The notes under the pieces are model-generated. The model searched no databases. It was given only the letters and a program-made list of their open reading frames with translations, and was not told the origin of the DNA. A stretch of DNA of 64,000 bases from Oopsacas minuta (lineage: Eukaryota; Animalia; Porifera): contig JAKMXF010000327.1 in NCBI GenBank assembly GCA_024704765.1, positions 265,360-329,359 of the forward strand. The letters are read 5' to 3'. A program made the translations under genes and the position numbers. Positions 49,401 through 61,146 of this stretch are shown here, in pieces; the stretch's first letter is position 1, and each line of letters opens with the position of its first letter.

Positions 49401-52105
49401 CTAAATGTTAACATAGAGAGGATACATATATTTAGTAAGTTCATGATCATTCGGTGTGACATCGGTCAATATGTAGAAGATACAGTTGATTTGTCCCAAC
49501 TGTATCGACCTGTCAGCTTCCTTTTGTGTCAGCTCTGGATTTTCTAATCCATTATCTATATACCAGCAGCCCTGTATCTTTGTCCTCATGAAAAAATGTC
49601 AGCCAGCATGGCTAGTATAACCGAATAGACTATACTGTAGTATTGTATTCATGTGATTGATGCTTAGATTATCCTAAATTTTATTGTGACGCATGGTATT
49701 CTCTGATTGAATATGACCAACTTCGAGGATTATAATTGGTGGAATTTTTAGAAATTGTGTAGAAGATTTCTCAATATTAGCATGTGTATCCCTGCACTTG
49801 AGGCACTGGTAACTTCAGTTAATCTAATGATCAATTTATGGTTTGACAATTTTGCTGAAACGTATATATAGAGAACAGATTAAGACGTTTTTCTGTTATG
49901 CAACAACAGCTCCAACACTGGAATTCAACGCATATAGATTAGGAGACAAATGAATATGATCCAATAATCTAACCACATTTCCTTCGAATCCCATAAAGTC
50001 GTATTAAGAATCGATAAGTTGTAAACCAAGCTTGATAGCGAACCAGTATATTAGCTTGCTGAAGTTTTTTGTATTCACCATCTGATAAACCATTTCAATT
50101 TTCGGTGAGATCCTAGAAGTTAACTTGACTGATCACAGGAGCTTTTGAAATGCAGACTGATCAATGTGATAAAATTATCAACTGGACAAGTGTTCATAAA
50201 TCTAATTCAATTGTATTCCCCTCCCCAAGCAGCACAACACTCTTCCAGGGATCCTGAAGTATAATCAATTCCTTGCATCCTTGCATCTAGGGTTTCATAT
50301 TGACAAGATTTACTCAAAGTTGTTGGATTACAGGTAACAGGATTTTAGTAGTGTAATCGGTACTTTTTCTCTCCCAGATGATGAAAAATCGAACTCTTCT
50401 TTGGTATATTGGTAAAAAGGTATCTTTATATCATGACTTTCCAGATACCACTTGTTCAAAATTTCAGAAACTTCTAAATTAATGTCATAATCAGTGATAG
50501 CAGTTTCTCCTTCGTAGGTAGAAGAATAGTGTCACATTCTCCAATCGAATAATTCATTGTTGGGCATATGACACCTCTTGAGGAGATCATTATGCAATGG
50601 AGAGAGTGGAGTATGTTTTTGAATTGATTTAATTACGTCTTCCTTCATCACCAAGGGTCGATGAATAACCTCTTGTCGCTGTGTGTTATTCTCTTGTTCC
50701 TGTGATGTAGGTCCAACTATTCCTGATACTTCAGACGCTATGGATGTGGGCGAGTCATCCTTCTTGGACGATAAGACGCTATTTTCGAGCACTTTTCTGA
50801 TACTTTTGCTTGGGGATGTGTTATCATAATTAGGGGCACATCTCCAGAGTTTAGCCTTAGCTTTCTTCACACGGATTAAAGTTTTGTCTTTGCCAACTTG
50901 CACTGTACGTCTAGAAATTTCCTTGATTGGATATAGGCCAATCCATCTATCCTGTAACTTTCCTCTTTTGCTTTTCTTTCTGTACATGTTCTTTATCAGT
51001 ACATCGTCATCGACTGCAAATTGTGTAGTGATAGGATTAACCTTTTTGTCGTATTGTCCTTTCATTCTTTTCTTCGAATTTAAAAGGTTTTCACCAGCAT
51101 GCGAGAATGATTCTTGTTGATGCCTTTTCATTGCTTGTACTAGATCATCAGGATCGTTATTGTTGTAATTTTCATCTGTGTTCCCAAAATTGACATCAGG
51201 ATGGAGAAAAGATAGACTTTCAGCTTCAATTGGAAGGCGTGGTTTCCGGCAGCCATGCACTAATTCAAAAGCTGAGTATTGAGTTGTTCCCCGCGGACGA
51301 TTATTTATAGAATATATGACCTCTTCCAAATAATATGACCAATCATCCCGCTTATCAGTCATTAATCTTATTAAAGAACCTTTTATAGCTTTGTGGGTAG
51401 ATTCGACTAGACCATTCGTTTGAGGTGGTATGGAGCAGAAAATATTAACTTACAACCGTGTATTTCTTGGAGGGCTTTGGAAATATAGTTCGTAAATTCT
51501 GTTCCGTCATCACTTATCATTTGGACTGGGGCAGCTTGTCGACAATATATCGAAAATATACCTGTAGCTACATCTATCGCGTTTTTGGATTTTAGGGGAC
51601 GGGTTTCGATCCATTTAGTGAAATGGTCTATAAAAGTCAGTATATATAAGTATCCTTGTGATTCGATCAGTGGTCCAGTTAATTCCATACCAGCTCTAAA
51701 CAATACCTTTGTTATCACTGGAGGGGTTGCAAAGGCATAGTCGGTGCTTTTAAACTAGGTTGGTTCTTTTGACACGATGCACAATTCTTTACATATGCAT
51801 ATATACCTGAATACATTTTCGGGCAAAAATATCCCTCACTTGCAATGCTATATGAATATCTTGAACACTGGTGGCCTACCTTGTCATGAAATTTCTTCTA
51901 AAATATTATGTACTTGATTAGTTCAAACGATAAGCAAAAAAGTACTTCCAGATAGTTTAACCAACTGATCTGATTTTGTGGAGAAACTAGAGGATATCTT
52001 CCGTAATACCCTTTTTGCATTCTTGTTTGAGCCCAAGGGGTACGACTCGAACATGAGAAAAGTTTCTATTGCATCGTATTCAATTGGATCCATCAGGTTT
52101 GCCAA
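49401..52105 (-). pseudogene. Ginger/GIN-type integrase (HHCC-DDE-GPY/F) followed by a USP-like cysteine peptidase region
   Basis: Starts at its own ATG (EYDAIETFLMFESYP..KRVLRK) with no RT/RNaseH upstream; CASCQK; GMELTGPL, ISDDGTEF, TNGLVES; RWIGLYPI. Downstream: WGG..NTCPVDN (50174-50194), two CxxC motifs, YSLFGYTSHAG*HF..WYIDNG (~49550-49640). Confidence 0.75.
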
Positions 52106-52194
52106 TGGTATAATTTCGATTACAAGAATTTGGCGGTTCTATCTATAATATGAGGAAAACTTTAATGAGTAACTAGTAGTTGACGCGGCATTAT

Positions 52195-52590
52195 AATTGA
52201 ATGAAAACCTTAGAATGGTTCAGAATTGCATGATGTATGAACGCACATTTGATATTGACTGGCAACTCTGGGTATAGTTCGTCATCAGAATTCCTGTGAA
52301 GCGACATTTCAAATGAGTGAAAAATCTTTCAAGAGTCCAGCATCACAGTGAATATCTGCTGACAGAAGATACTGAGTAAAAACATTTGCATAGTTCACTA
52401 TCACAATTCATGTGAAGTGGAATTTGCAGTGAATATCCTTTGTATAGTTCGGTATCAAGGTGAATATCTTCAAAGAGTTTATATTGAGTTCAAACCTTTG
52501 TATAGCTAACTATCACAATTCCTGTGTGGGAAATTGGAAAGTGACTGAAAACATTTGTATGGTTCTCTACTGCATTATGTTTGAGCATAT
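52195..52590. repeat. Degenerate ~57-bp tandem repeats, same orientation as 48955-49235
   Basis: Shares CAGTGAATATCTGCTGACA and AATTCCTGTGAAGCGA with the 49-kb block. Confidence 0.7.
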
Positions 52591-52838
52591 ATTTAAAATG
52601 AGCAGCGCATGCGCTGCATTAATATATAATTGGAATTTTGGAAAATAGTAGACTCTCAAATTACATCCTATTATAGTGTAATTAAATCCCCAGGTACTAA
52701 TATTTATTTTTGAGTTTTGTCACTTATTTCTACTTTCTTTGTTAGCAAAATCCCTAAATATGTTTCTCAATTAACTTTATACTCAACTCAATGAATGTTT
52801 CCTCTTGATTTCCCATTCTGTACCCTTGATTAGCCAAA

Positions 52839-54179
52839 ATGCCAAAGATACCCAAATTAACAAAGACTAATTTAATAATGGTACTAACAGACATATTGGC
52901 TGAGTTTCGTTCAGTTACAGGTGAGTATGCCCGAGCTGTATTTTCATGGCATGGAAAGCTTGACTCTTTGGGTCCAGAAAAATTTCGAACCTATATCACT
53001 GGGAATAGCGATGAAATATCAAGAACTCTAATGACTACCAAATATCTACAAGTACGTTAGCAACATCAAATCCTGTGCGTGATCACGAAATCCTCAAGCT
53101 ATTAGATAGGGATATATCTGGTTATAATGTACAGGGACTGCGAAGACTTGTTTCTCGATTATAAAGTGTCAACTGGTAAGTCAACGGTGTGAATACATAT
53201 AATTATATGGGTCACTGAGTATATATCTCTGTATTTTAGGGAAAAGGTATGTTTTGGGAATGATCCTTCTCTCAAACCGCCTTTTTGGCCCGAAAGAGTC
53301 CCTTTCGAAATCATAAAAGCGCATGTAAGATTCATCTGCGTATGATAATACAGTCATATAAGGATTACTCTATGAAAGCGCGAGTTTCAGTTTACCCTGA
53401 ATCTCAGAAGTCTCCAAGCTCTTCTCAAGCATAGCGACATGATATCTACCGTGACCGATCTAGATCTCTTCTTGATTTCGCTGGAGATGTAATACACCAA
53501 GAATCTGATATAGATACTAGTGATGATTCCTTCGATGAGCTTTTTCAGCAACCCGTTATCGCTTCGAACACACCTAATTCAGATCCTCAAACACCTCCCC
53601 AACATCCAGTCTGGTGACATTACTCGGAGTTAAGCAACTGGATCCTATTCAAATAATCACTCCTCCTTTTAGTTTAAATGAGAAAAACTTGTCAATTTCA
53701 GAATTGTCAAGTCGTAATACCTTTCTAACAGGCACCACCGTTAATGCATTCTGTGTAAGTTTATCATACATTGAAATTCAATCCGTTTTGTTAGGAATGT
53801 TCTCATACCATACATGTATTTGTAGACATTACTGAAGAAGAATTTTCCTCATTTACAGGGACTTCAGGATACTATTCTCTCCGAAGTGAGTTTCTCAGTT
53901 AAAATTTTTGAATTGTAAATCAATATTTGATATTCAATTAATGCTTAGAATCGTCAATTCGCCAAAGCTTCTCATCCTAGTATACAGCTGCATCACGATG
54001 GCGCACTTCTCTGCGTTTGCTCCAGTATTGATGTTGAAGGGCATGTAACTTTATATGATTCGCTATCTACTGGGAGTATATCTGGTGAATTACCTGTCCA
54101 ATTGGCCTTTATATGTGGGAATAATGCTGATCATGAGCTGAAAGTCGCCCTTGCTCCTATTCAGCAATCTTATATGTAG
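52839..54179 (+). pseudogene. Spliced pseudogene: NRF1/ewg-like DNA-binding domain plus Ulp1-like (SENP-type) peptidase region
   Basis: GT-AG introns 53176-53239, 53755-53825, 53886-53948 splice in frame. NVQGLRRLVSRL..FG..KPPFWPERVPF..LRMIIQSYKDY (NRF1-like); FLTGTTVNAFC|TLLKKNFPHLQGLQDTILSE|..IQLHHDGA..VCSS..VTLYDSL..IQQ (Ulp1-like). Frameshifts and stops present. Confidence 0.65.
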
Positions 54180-54299
54180 ACCAAATATTTAGTGAAATTC
54201 CTTTATAATTGCAAAGACTTGTTTTCAACGGCTAAATACGTAGGATAACCCACCATACTAAATTATAATTGCAACCTAGCGAATGGTTCATTGATGATA

Positions 54300-56107
54300 A
54301 ATATATACCTTTGGAATCTTTGAATTCATTACAATCATTTTCTAAATAGAAACTATTCCAACCTTCTCTAGTTTAACCTTCTCCTCTTCATTGAATTTGA
54401 AACTATGGTCACATAATTCCTTTTCAGGATACATATTTAAAGGTAATTGATGCCATGGCAGAGCTGGTAGTTGTAATTTGCTATTTGGCTTTCATCTACA
54501 GGGTGTAACAAAAGTGTTGTCCCCTTTCTTTTTTGTCATTGATTGAGTATATAAAAACTGAACCTTGACTATTGCATTTGACTTACCCTTTTCTAGCTAA
54601 TACCATAATAGTTTTTGACTATTTCTATCGCAGTTTGATCAATATTATTTTTACCTCTTTCTTTTTACTTGGATTTCGTAAAATATTTTTCCCTGTTCGG
54701 AATGGATGTCCGCGACCACGGGTTAGAGGTTCGTTCTCAAGCAGTAGGTATGTTGAGGAGTGGTCTTTCACAGCAAAACGTAGCTCTCGAACTAGACATT
54801 TCAGTGAGATCTGTCAAGAGGTGGTGGAGTGTGTATAAAAAAAGGAATGAGCCTGAAAACCAAGACCCGTTCTGGCAGACCGCCGATTTTGGATCGGGTC
54901 AATACAATCATTATCTCCAGAACTTTGACTAAAAGAAGGCAATCAACTCGCAAGATCGCAAAGAGATTGTATTCAAGTAACGACCCTGTCTCTCACATGA
55001 CAGTTTATCGCTATTTGACCAATTCAATTGGTGCATCAGCTTTCAAAGGGCAAAAGACCCCGTCTATCGGTCAAAACATCCAGGACAGACTGAATTTTGC
55101 CAAGAAACATCAAAATTGGGGCGTGGAAGATTGGAAAAAGTTCTTTGGTCTGATGAGTCTCCCTTTGGACTGTATGCAACACTCAATCGGCATAATGATC
55201 GTGTTTGGGCTGAAACAACTAAAGATGTTCCTCGCTTTTTGTCGGTGAAATTTCCTCAAAAAATTCATGTCTGGGGACTTATGTCGCATCAAGCACTATC
55301 TGAGCTCCATATAATTCCACAAGGACATACTGCAAACTCGCTATATTACAGGGATGAAATATTAGTCAAGACTTGTAGAGGTGCCATCAACCATGCAGAA
55401 ATATGGGACTTATTTCAGAGCGGCCAATGTTGGGAAACATGTCCGATTTCATCTTTATGCAAGATGATGCTCCTGCCCACACGACCAAAATGACTCAGAA
55501 GTGGTGCTGAGATAGTCTAAACGGGTTTTGGGAGAAAGGTGACTGGCCAGGGAATTCACGCGACCTGAACCCAATTGAAAACCTTGGGCTATATTGAAAG
55601 AGAGAGTTAATGAGAAGGGTCAGATGACAAATCGAAATCAGTTAATTGAAACCGTGAAAATTAGCATGGCAAGCCATTACTCCGATAATTTGGAAACTTT
55701 AGTAGCCAGCCTGCCAAACAGAGTAAAGTTGTTTTGGAAATGGGAGGTGATTATATACACAAATGAAAGTTGACATTGTGTAGTTATTTCTCATAGATGC
55801 TTCTGGCAATCGAAGGGGACAACACTTTTGTTACACCCTGTAGATTGAATAGTATTGCTCTTGTTGATATCGCGTTATATTCAAACTTTTCTGTTATTTG
55901 ATCCAGTTTTTTCGAGAATATTATGGAGTCTAGAATGTTGTTTGCACTTTGAAGAACAAGAACAACATAGCCACCTATCATTATTTAATTGGAAGTTGTG
56001 AAAAGTATTATCTGTCAACAGAAATATGTCGTTAGGACTTGGGAAATAATATATTATGTCTTCTACAATGCTTGCTTCACAAACTCGCAAACAATCATTT
56101 TTGAACA
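54300..56107 (-). pseudogene. Degenerate Cys/His-rich ORF remnant interrupted by several elements (continues at 63133-63158)
   Basis: Rejoined across the MULE TSD it reads SDTCSHYQALEL|CSKMIVCEF; then RWLCCSCSSKCKQH and LPWHQLPLNMYPEKELCDH. Resembles SWIM/CxC regions of KDZ/Zisupton-type proteins. Confidence 0.3.
54499..55840 (+). mobile_element. Tc1-like DD37E (TRT) element 1; transposase pseudogene from ~54702
   Basis: Perfect 28-bp TIR CAGGGTGTAACAAAAGTGTTGTCCCCTT; TA TSD; WSDESPF..MQDDAPAH-x-DLNPIE with 37-residue spacing. Confidence 0.92.
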
Positions 56108-57424
56108 GAGTTCCAAGGAAGTCCGACAAAACGTTCCACGACAAAATGTTCCACGACAAAATGTTCCAGACAAAATGTTCCAGCGACAAAATGTTCCACG
56201 ACAAAACGTTCCACGACATTTCGCTCCACTTTTGATTGGTCAATGTTTGTTAATAATTTAACAGGTTTTAAATGGCTAAATAATTGAACTAATTTCTTGT
56301 CTGAATTCGTTTGGCTAATTCTATCTTAAGTAAAATTGGTTTACCAGTTGCTGTGTAGAATTTGCTAAAAAGATTAACTAAGTAGCTCATATAGATTCAT
56401 TTAGATTGTGGTCGAAAATAGACATAGTATATTATTAGAGGATGACATATATAATATTATGTAGTAGGTATTACAAACTGGTATAGCGTCAAGAGCAGTT
56501 GGCTAGATATTATTGCATTTGTTTCAAACAATTTTAGCGTCCTGGCGGATTCAGTGGGTGCTAAAACCTGTTTTTCGGAGCCCGCTTATTTGTCCCGGTT
56601 GAATTCCAAATTTCCAATAGACATTAACACTATTTTATTTCAGAATTACAGACACCCCATAATTCCGACTTCCAGCCATTTATTAGTACCAAATTATATT
56701 GATAACCCCGAAATTATGGCCATTTACCTGAATCCAAGGGTGACCGTAATTCAGATGTTCCACTGTATATATATATGTGTGTGTGTGTTCATTTGAAATT
56801 ACTTTCTTGTTGACACCTTTGGACTTTGGAGGGGTTAAGACCAGATTTGGCATGTATACTCGCAATGAGATCTAGATGTGTACGGTTATCGAAGTGCTGT
56901 GCAGCACGCCCTGTGTTGGTTTTGCCCCTTTGACTAAAAGCATTGTTTATTGATTATATATGTATACCGCCCACCGGCACCACATACGATGCAACCAAGC
57001 TGCGTATTGTAATGTCTGCTTTATTTATGTTCGAAATATTTTATATAAACGAGCGAGTTTCGCTTGCGGTTTACGATCACGCTATTAGGGGAAACCAGGC
57101 CTGACTAAACCAATGTAGAGATGGCCAATTAGAAATGTTTTAAGTTCATATTTCATTGCTTTTGTCGAGATTACTGAACCAAAGCTCTTATAAATCCTAG
57201 TTACCCAGTTTAAATATGACTACTTGTATTATTAATAAGTAACTTACAAGAAATATAATTGATTAATTAAACATTTATCTAATAACAATAGGAAACTAAA
57301 CAAAACAAATAGAAACTAAAAACTAAACTATGCTCTACTTGGGTGCAGCTACCACATCTCGACCACTGTCCACTTCAATTGGTAGCTGCACCGTCAGGAA
57401 TTAGTGAAATGCGGAGAGAGGTAG

Positions 57425-58757
57425 AAGAGAGGAGATTTAACACATTGGCATGAAGAGAGAGGGAAAGAGAGAGCAAGGGTTCATACGAAAGGAATGGAGA
57501 TAGTGAAGCGTACGAATGAGCATCTGCATGCACCTGATGTGCAGGCTATGGCCTGCTGTGAGATAAAGGCCGGCATCAAGAGGAAAGCACGAGACACACA
57601 GGATAGCTCACACCAGATAATCGGTGAGGGTATGCTAACAGCATCAGAGGGTACTGCCGCTAAACTACCTAAGCTGGACAGCCTGAAGCGGACGATACAG
57701 CGTCAGCGTGCAAGTGTATTATCAGCTCCAGTGCAGCCAACCGCCCTATCAGAGTTGGTTCTACCTGCAGAATACCAGCGGACAGCCAAGGAGGAACAGT
57801 TCCTACTCTATGACTCTGGGGAAGACGATGCACATAGATTCCTCATCTTCGGGACACAACGCAACCTCGGGATGCTACAGCAAAACAAGATCTGGCTAGC
57901 TGATGGCACCTTCAAGACGGCGCCCGCCCTCTTCGCCCAGGTGTATGTGGTGCATGGACTCCGAGGAGGAGACGATCCTATGAAGACTGGTCATCTGTTG
58001 CCGAGTCTGTTCGTGCTGCTGCCCAAAAAACAGAGGATACCTACCGTAGGATGTGGGAGCAGATCGCATACTCTGTCCCCTCGCCCAGCCTGAACAGATG
58101 CTCCTGGACTTTGAGAAGGGCGCAATTAACAGCTTTGAGCATGTCTGGCCTAACACAGTGGTTAAGTGCTGCTTCTTCCACCTCACACAGAATATCTGGC
58201 GCCATGTGCAGTCTGTAGGGCTGCAGTCTGACTACACACATGACGAAGAGCTGGCCATGCGCATCCGGAAGATACCAGCCCTTGCATTCGCCCGACCAGC
58301 AGACGTACCCGATCTGTTTGAGCAAGTGTCAATGGACTTCCCCCTTACGTCTGAGATAGGCGAGCTAGTCGACTACTTTGAGAGGACGTATATCGGTCGC
58401 ACGCTAGCCACTGGACACCATGTAGCGGCGACGTTCTCCATTGGCCTGTGGAACTACCACTTCAGCACGCCCTTCGGACTCCCCCGTACAACCAACGCCG
58501 TAGAGGCATGGCACCGCAGCTTCAATGCCACTATCGGCTGCCATCACCCCACCATATGGAAGTTCCTCCTAGCCCTCAAGCGTGAGCAGGGCCTAGTGGA
58601 GGTGCGGCAGACTAACTACCTTGCTGGGAAGCCGCCAACCAAGCGGAGGAGGTCCCAACAGAGTGAACAAGCGTTGAGGACTCCAGTTGGAGAATATTAT
58701 TCACCAGACCATACTAAGACGAAGTTCCATACAAGTGTAGACACCATCTCAGCCTGA
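57425..58757 (+). pseudogene. FLYWCH-MULE transposase, left-arm copy (frameshift ~58027; decayed N- and C-termini)
   Basis: WLADGTFKTAP, LLDFEKGAIN, CCFFHLTQN, RTTNAVEAWHRSFN. Confidence 0.92.
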
Positions 58758-58825
58758 GAACGGATGTTAATCTTCCGTATTATCTATACCTCAAATAAAT
58801 TTGATTTTGAGATAATACTTTAGAT

Positions 58826-61131
58826 CAGGGGTCTTCAACCTGCGGCTCGCGATGATAAAGCGTGCGGCTCGCGGGATAATTCTTGTTTTTGTTTATTTTG
58901 TCTTCACTTTGTTAATTTTGAAATTTGTTGTATTTTATTCAACAGATATTGTGAATATACTTAAATATTAGCACTTTTTTGTTTCCCAATTCTGGAAACC
59001 TTGATGGTGTTTAAAGTGTATAGAAGACCTTTGTTGTCTTCAGTAATTAATTTAAGTCTTCAGTCAATATTCAAATACAAATACAAGTATAAATCAGAAG
59101 TATTTGACAATATACAATTTCATTTTCGGATTTCAAATACTCTCCAAATACACATTTTTTATTATTCATTAATTATTTACGTATCCACTATGGCTACTTC
59201 TACGTCGAAAAAGCGGAAGATACAAGAAGAAAATCGGTCATTCAAGATAGAATGGGAAATAAAGTATTTTTTCGTGGAGGACAGTGGCAAGTTCATTTGT
59301 CTAATATGCCGTGAAACAATAGCTTTCGCTAAAAAAGGAAACTTTGAAAGGCATTACAATACCAAACACCAATCAAATTTTGTGGGAATTCTTGGGGAAT
59401 CACGAAAGACTAAACTAGACAATCTTAAAAGAAACTTGAAGAGTGAACAATCAATCTTTTCAAAAAATGATAATTCGGTTAAGTCTATCACAGCAGTTAG
59501 CTTTGCTATCAGTAATATAATCGCGAAACGTATGAAACCATTTACGGATGGTGAATTTATAAAGGAATGTCTAAATGAATTCGCTGATCAATGTTGTCCA
59601 GACAAAAAACAACTAATACAGCAGGTATCCTTGAGCGCTACGACAGTAATGCGTCGAGTGGAATCAATTTCAAAAACTATTCATACACAACTATTGGAAA
59701 AGACAAGTTGTTTTAGTTTCTGTAGCTTGGCACTTGATGGAAGTAAAGATATTTGTGATGTTGAACAATTGGCAATCTGGATAAGAGGCGTTGATGAAAA
59801 CTTCAACATTACCGAGGAATTACTGTCTCTGCGTTCTATGCATGGAAGAACTCGTGGCATTGATATTTTCGAAGAGTTTCTTAAGATTGTGTCGGAAAAC
59901 AACATTCCTGCCTTAAAGTTATCTGGCATTTCAACAGATGGAGCTCCATCAATGCTTAGTACAGGCACAGGATTTAAAGGTCAAGTTCTACGATGGTTGA
60001 CAGAAAATAATGTGACAGAAATATCATGGTGTCACTGTATTATTCATCAAGAGGCCCTATGTGCGAAAACACTTGGACTGGAAAATGTTATGAAGTTGAT
60101 AGTAGACGTTGTAAATTTTATCAGATCTAAAGGAGTGAATCATAGAGAATTTAAAGAATTTTTGAAAGATCTCGATTCAGATTACGGAGATGTATTATAT
60201 TTTATAAGTGTTAGGTGGCTGAGTAGAGGAGTAGTTCTTAAAAGAGTTTGGGAATTACGAGATGAAATATCAAGTTTCTTAGCCTCAAAGGGCAAGAAAG
60301 TTACTGAATTCGAAGATACAAATTGGATTAGCGACTTTGCCTTCCTTGTAGATATGACTACACACCTAAATATTCTAAATTCCACACTTCAGGGAAAGAA
60401 CAAGTTGATTCATGAACTTTATGCCACAATTCGAAGTTTTGAGATGAACTCGCTCTATTTAAGTTACAGCTTAAAAATAACAATTTTTCTCACTTTCCAG
60501 CACTAAAGTCACAAGATAGCCGATGGAAACAAATATGCTGAAATTATTTCAAATCTCCAAGAAAACTTTGATACTCGATTTGGAGATTTTAGAAATCAAC
60601 AACAAAGCTTCGAGATTTTTGCACAGCCTTTCAGTTTTGATCCACAATATGCTCCACAGGAGCTTCAACTTGAACTCATAGACCTGCAGTCTAGCATAGA
60701 TCTCAAGGCAGACTTCAAGGATGTTGGAGTAATTAGTTTCTATAAAACTCTTCCTTCAGATATCTATCCTGCTATTTTAAAACACGCAAGAAGGATAGCT
60801 AGTTTATTTGGAAGCACTTACACTTGCGAGGCATTTTTCTCTAAAATGAAATATATCAAGAATAAATATAGAACTAATTTGACTGATGACCACCTCCAAG
60901 ACGTTCTTCGTATTTCATCGACTGATATGAAACCTAATATAGATGGCATCTTAATACAACAACAAAAACAGTACCAACCTTCACATTAATATTTTACTCT
61001 GATAAATTACTCATAATAATACAGTACTATATTAAAATATAGAATACATAATCCTTAACTTTTAATGCGGCTCGCCAATCTAATACGAAACTAATATTTG
61101 GCTCATAGAAGAAAAAGGTTGAAGACCCCTG
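58826..61131 (+). mobile_element. hAT (GTF2IRD2/SPIN-like); transposase 59190-60989 with one frameshift near 60450
   Basis: Perfect 16-bp TIR CAGGGGTCTTCAACCT; perfect TSD CTTTAGAT; LALDGSKD, STDGAPSM, CIIHQEALC, VRWLSRG, GSTYTCEAFFS. Confidence 0.95.
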
Positions 61132-61146
61132 CTTTAGATTAACATG

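Noticed and set aside
49401-52105. Gypsy LTR retrotransposon with the 57-bp arrays as LTRs
   Set aside because: No gag, protease, RT or RNaseH; the integrase begins at its own ATG. The flanking blocks are degenerate tandem arrays without TG..CA ends or a PBS.
55881-56261. ORFs with repetitive WNILS/RQNVP peptides (also 62936-63234)
   Set aside because: They are translations of the MULE TIR subrepeats, not genes.
56640-56768. Pogo/Tigger-type MITE end (..GTTCCACTG+TA) in the MULE left arm
   Set aside because: No matching opposite terminus found; not supportable as a delimited element.
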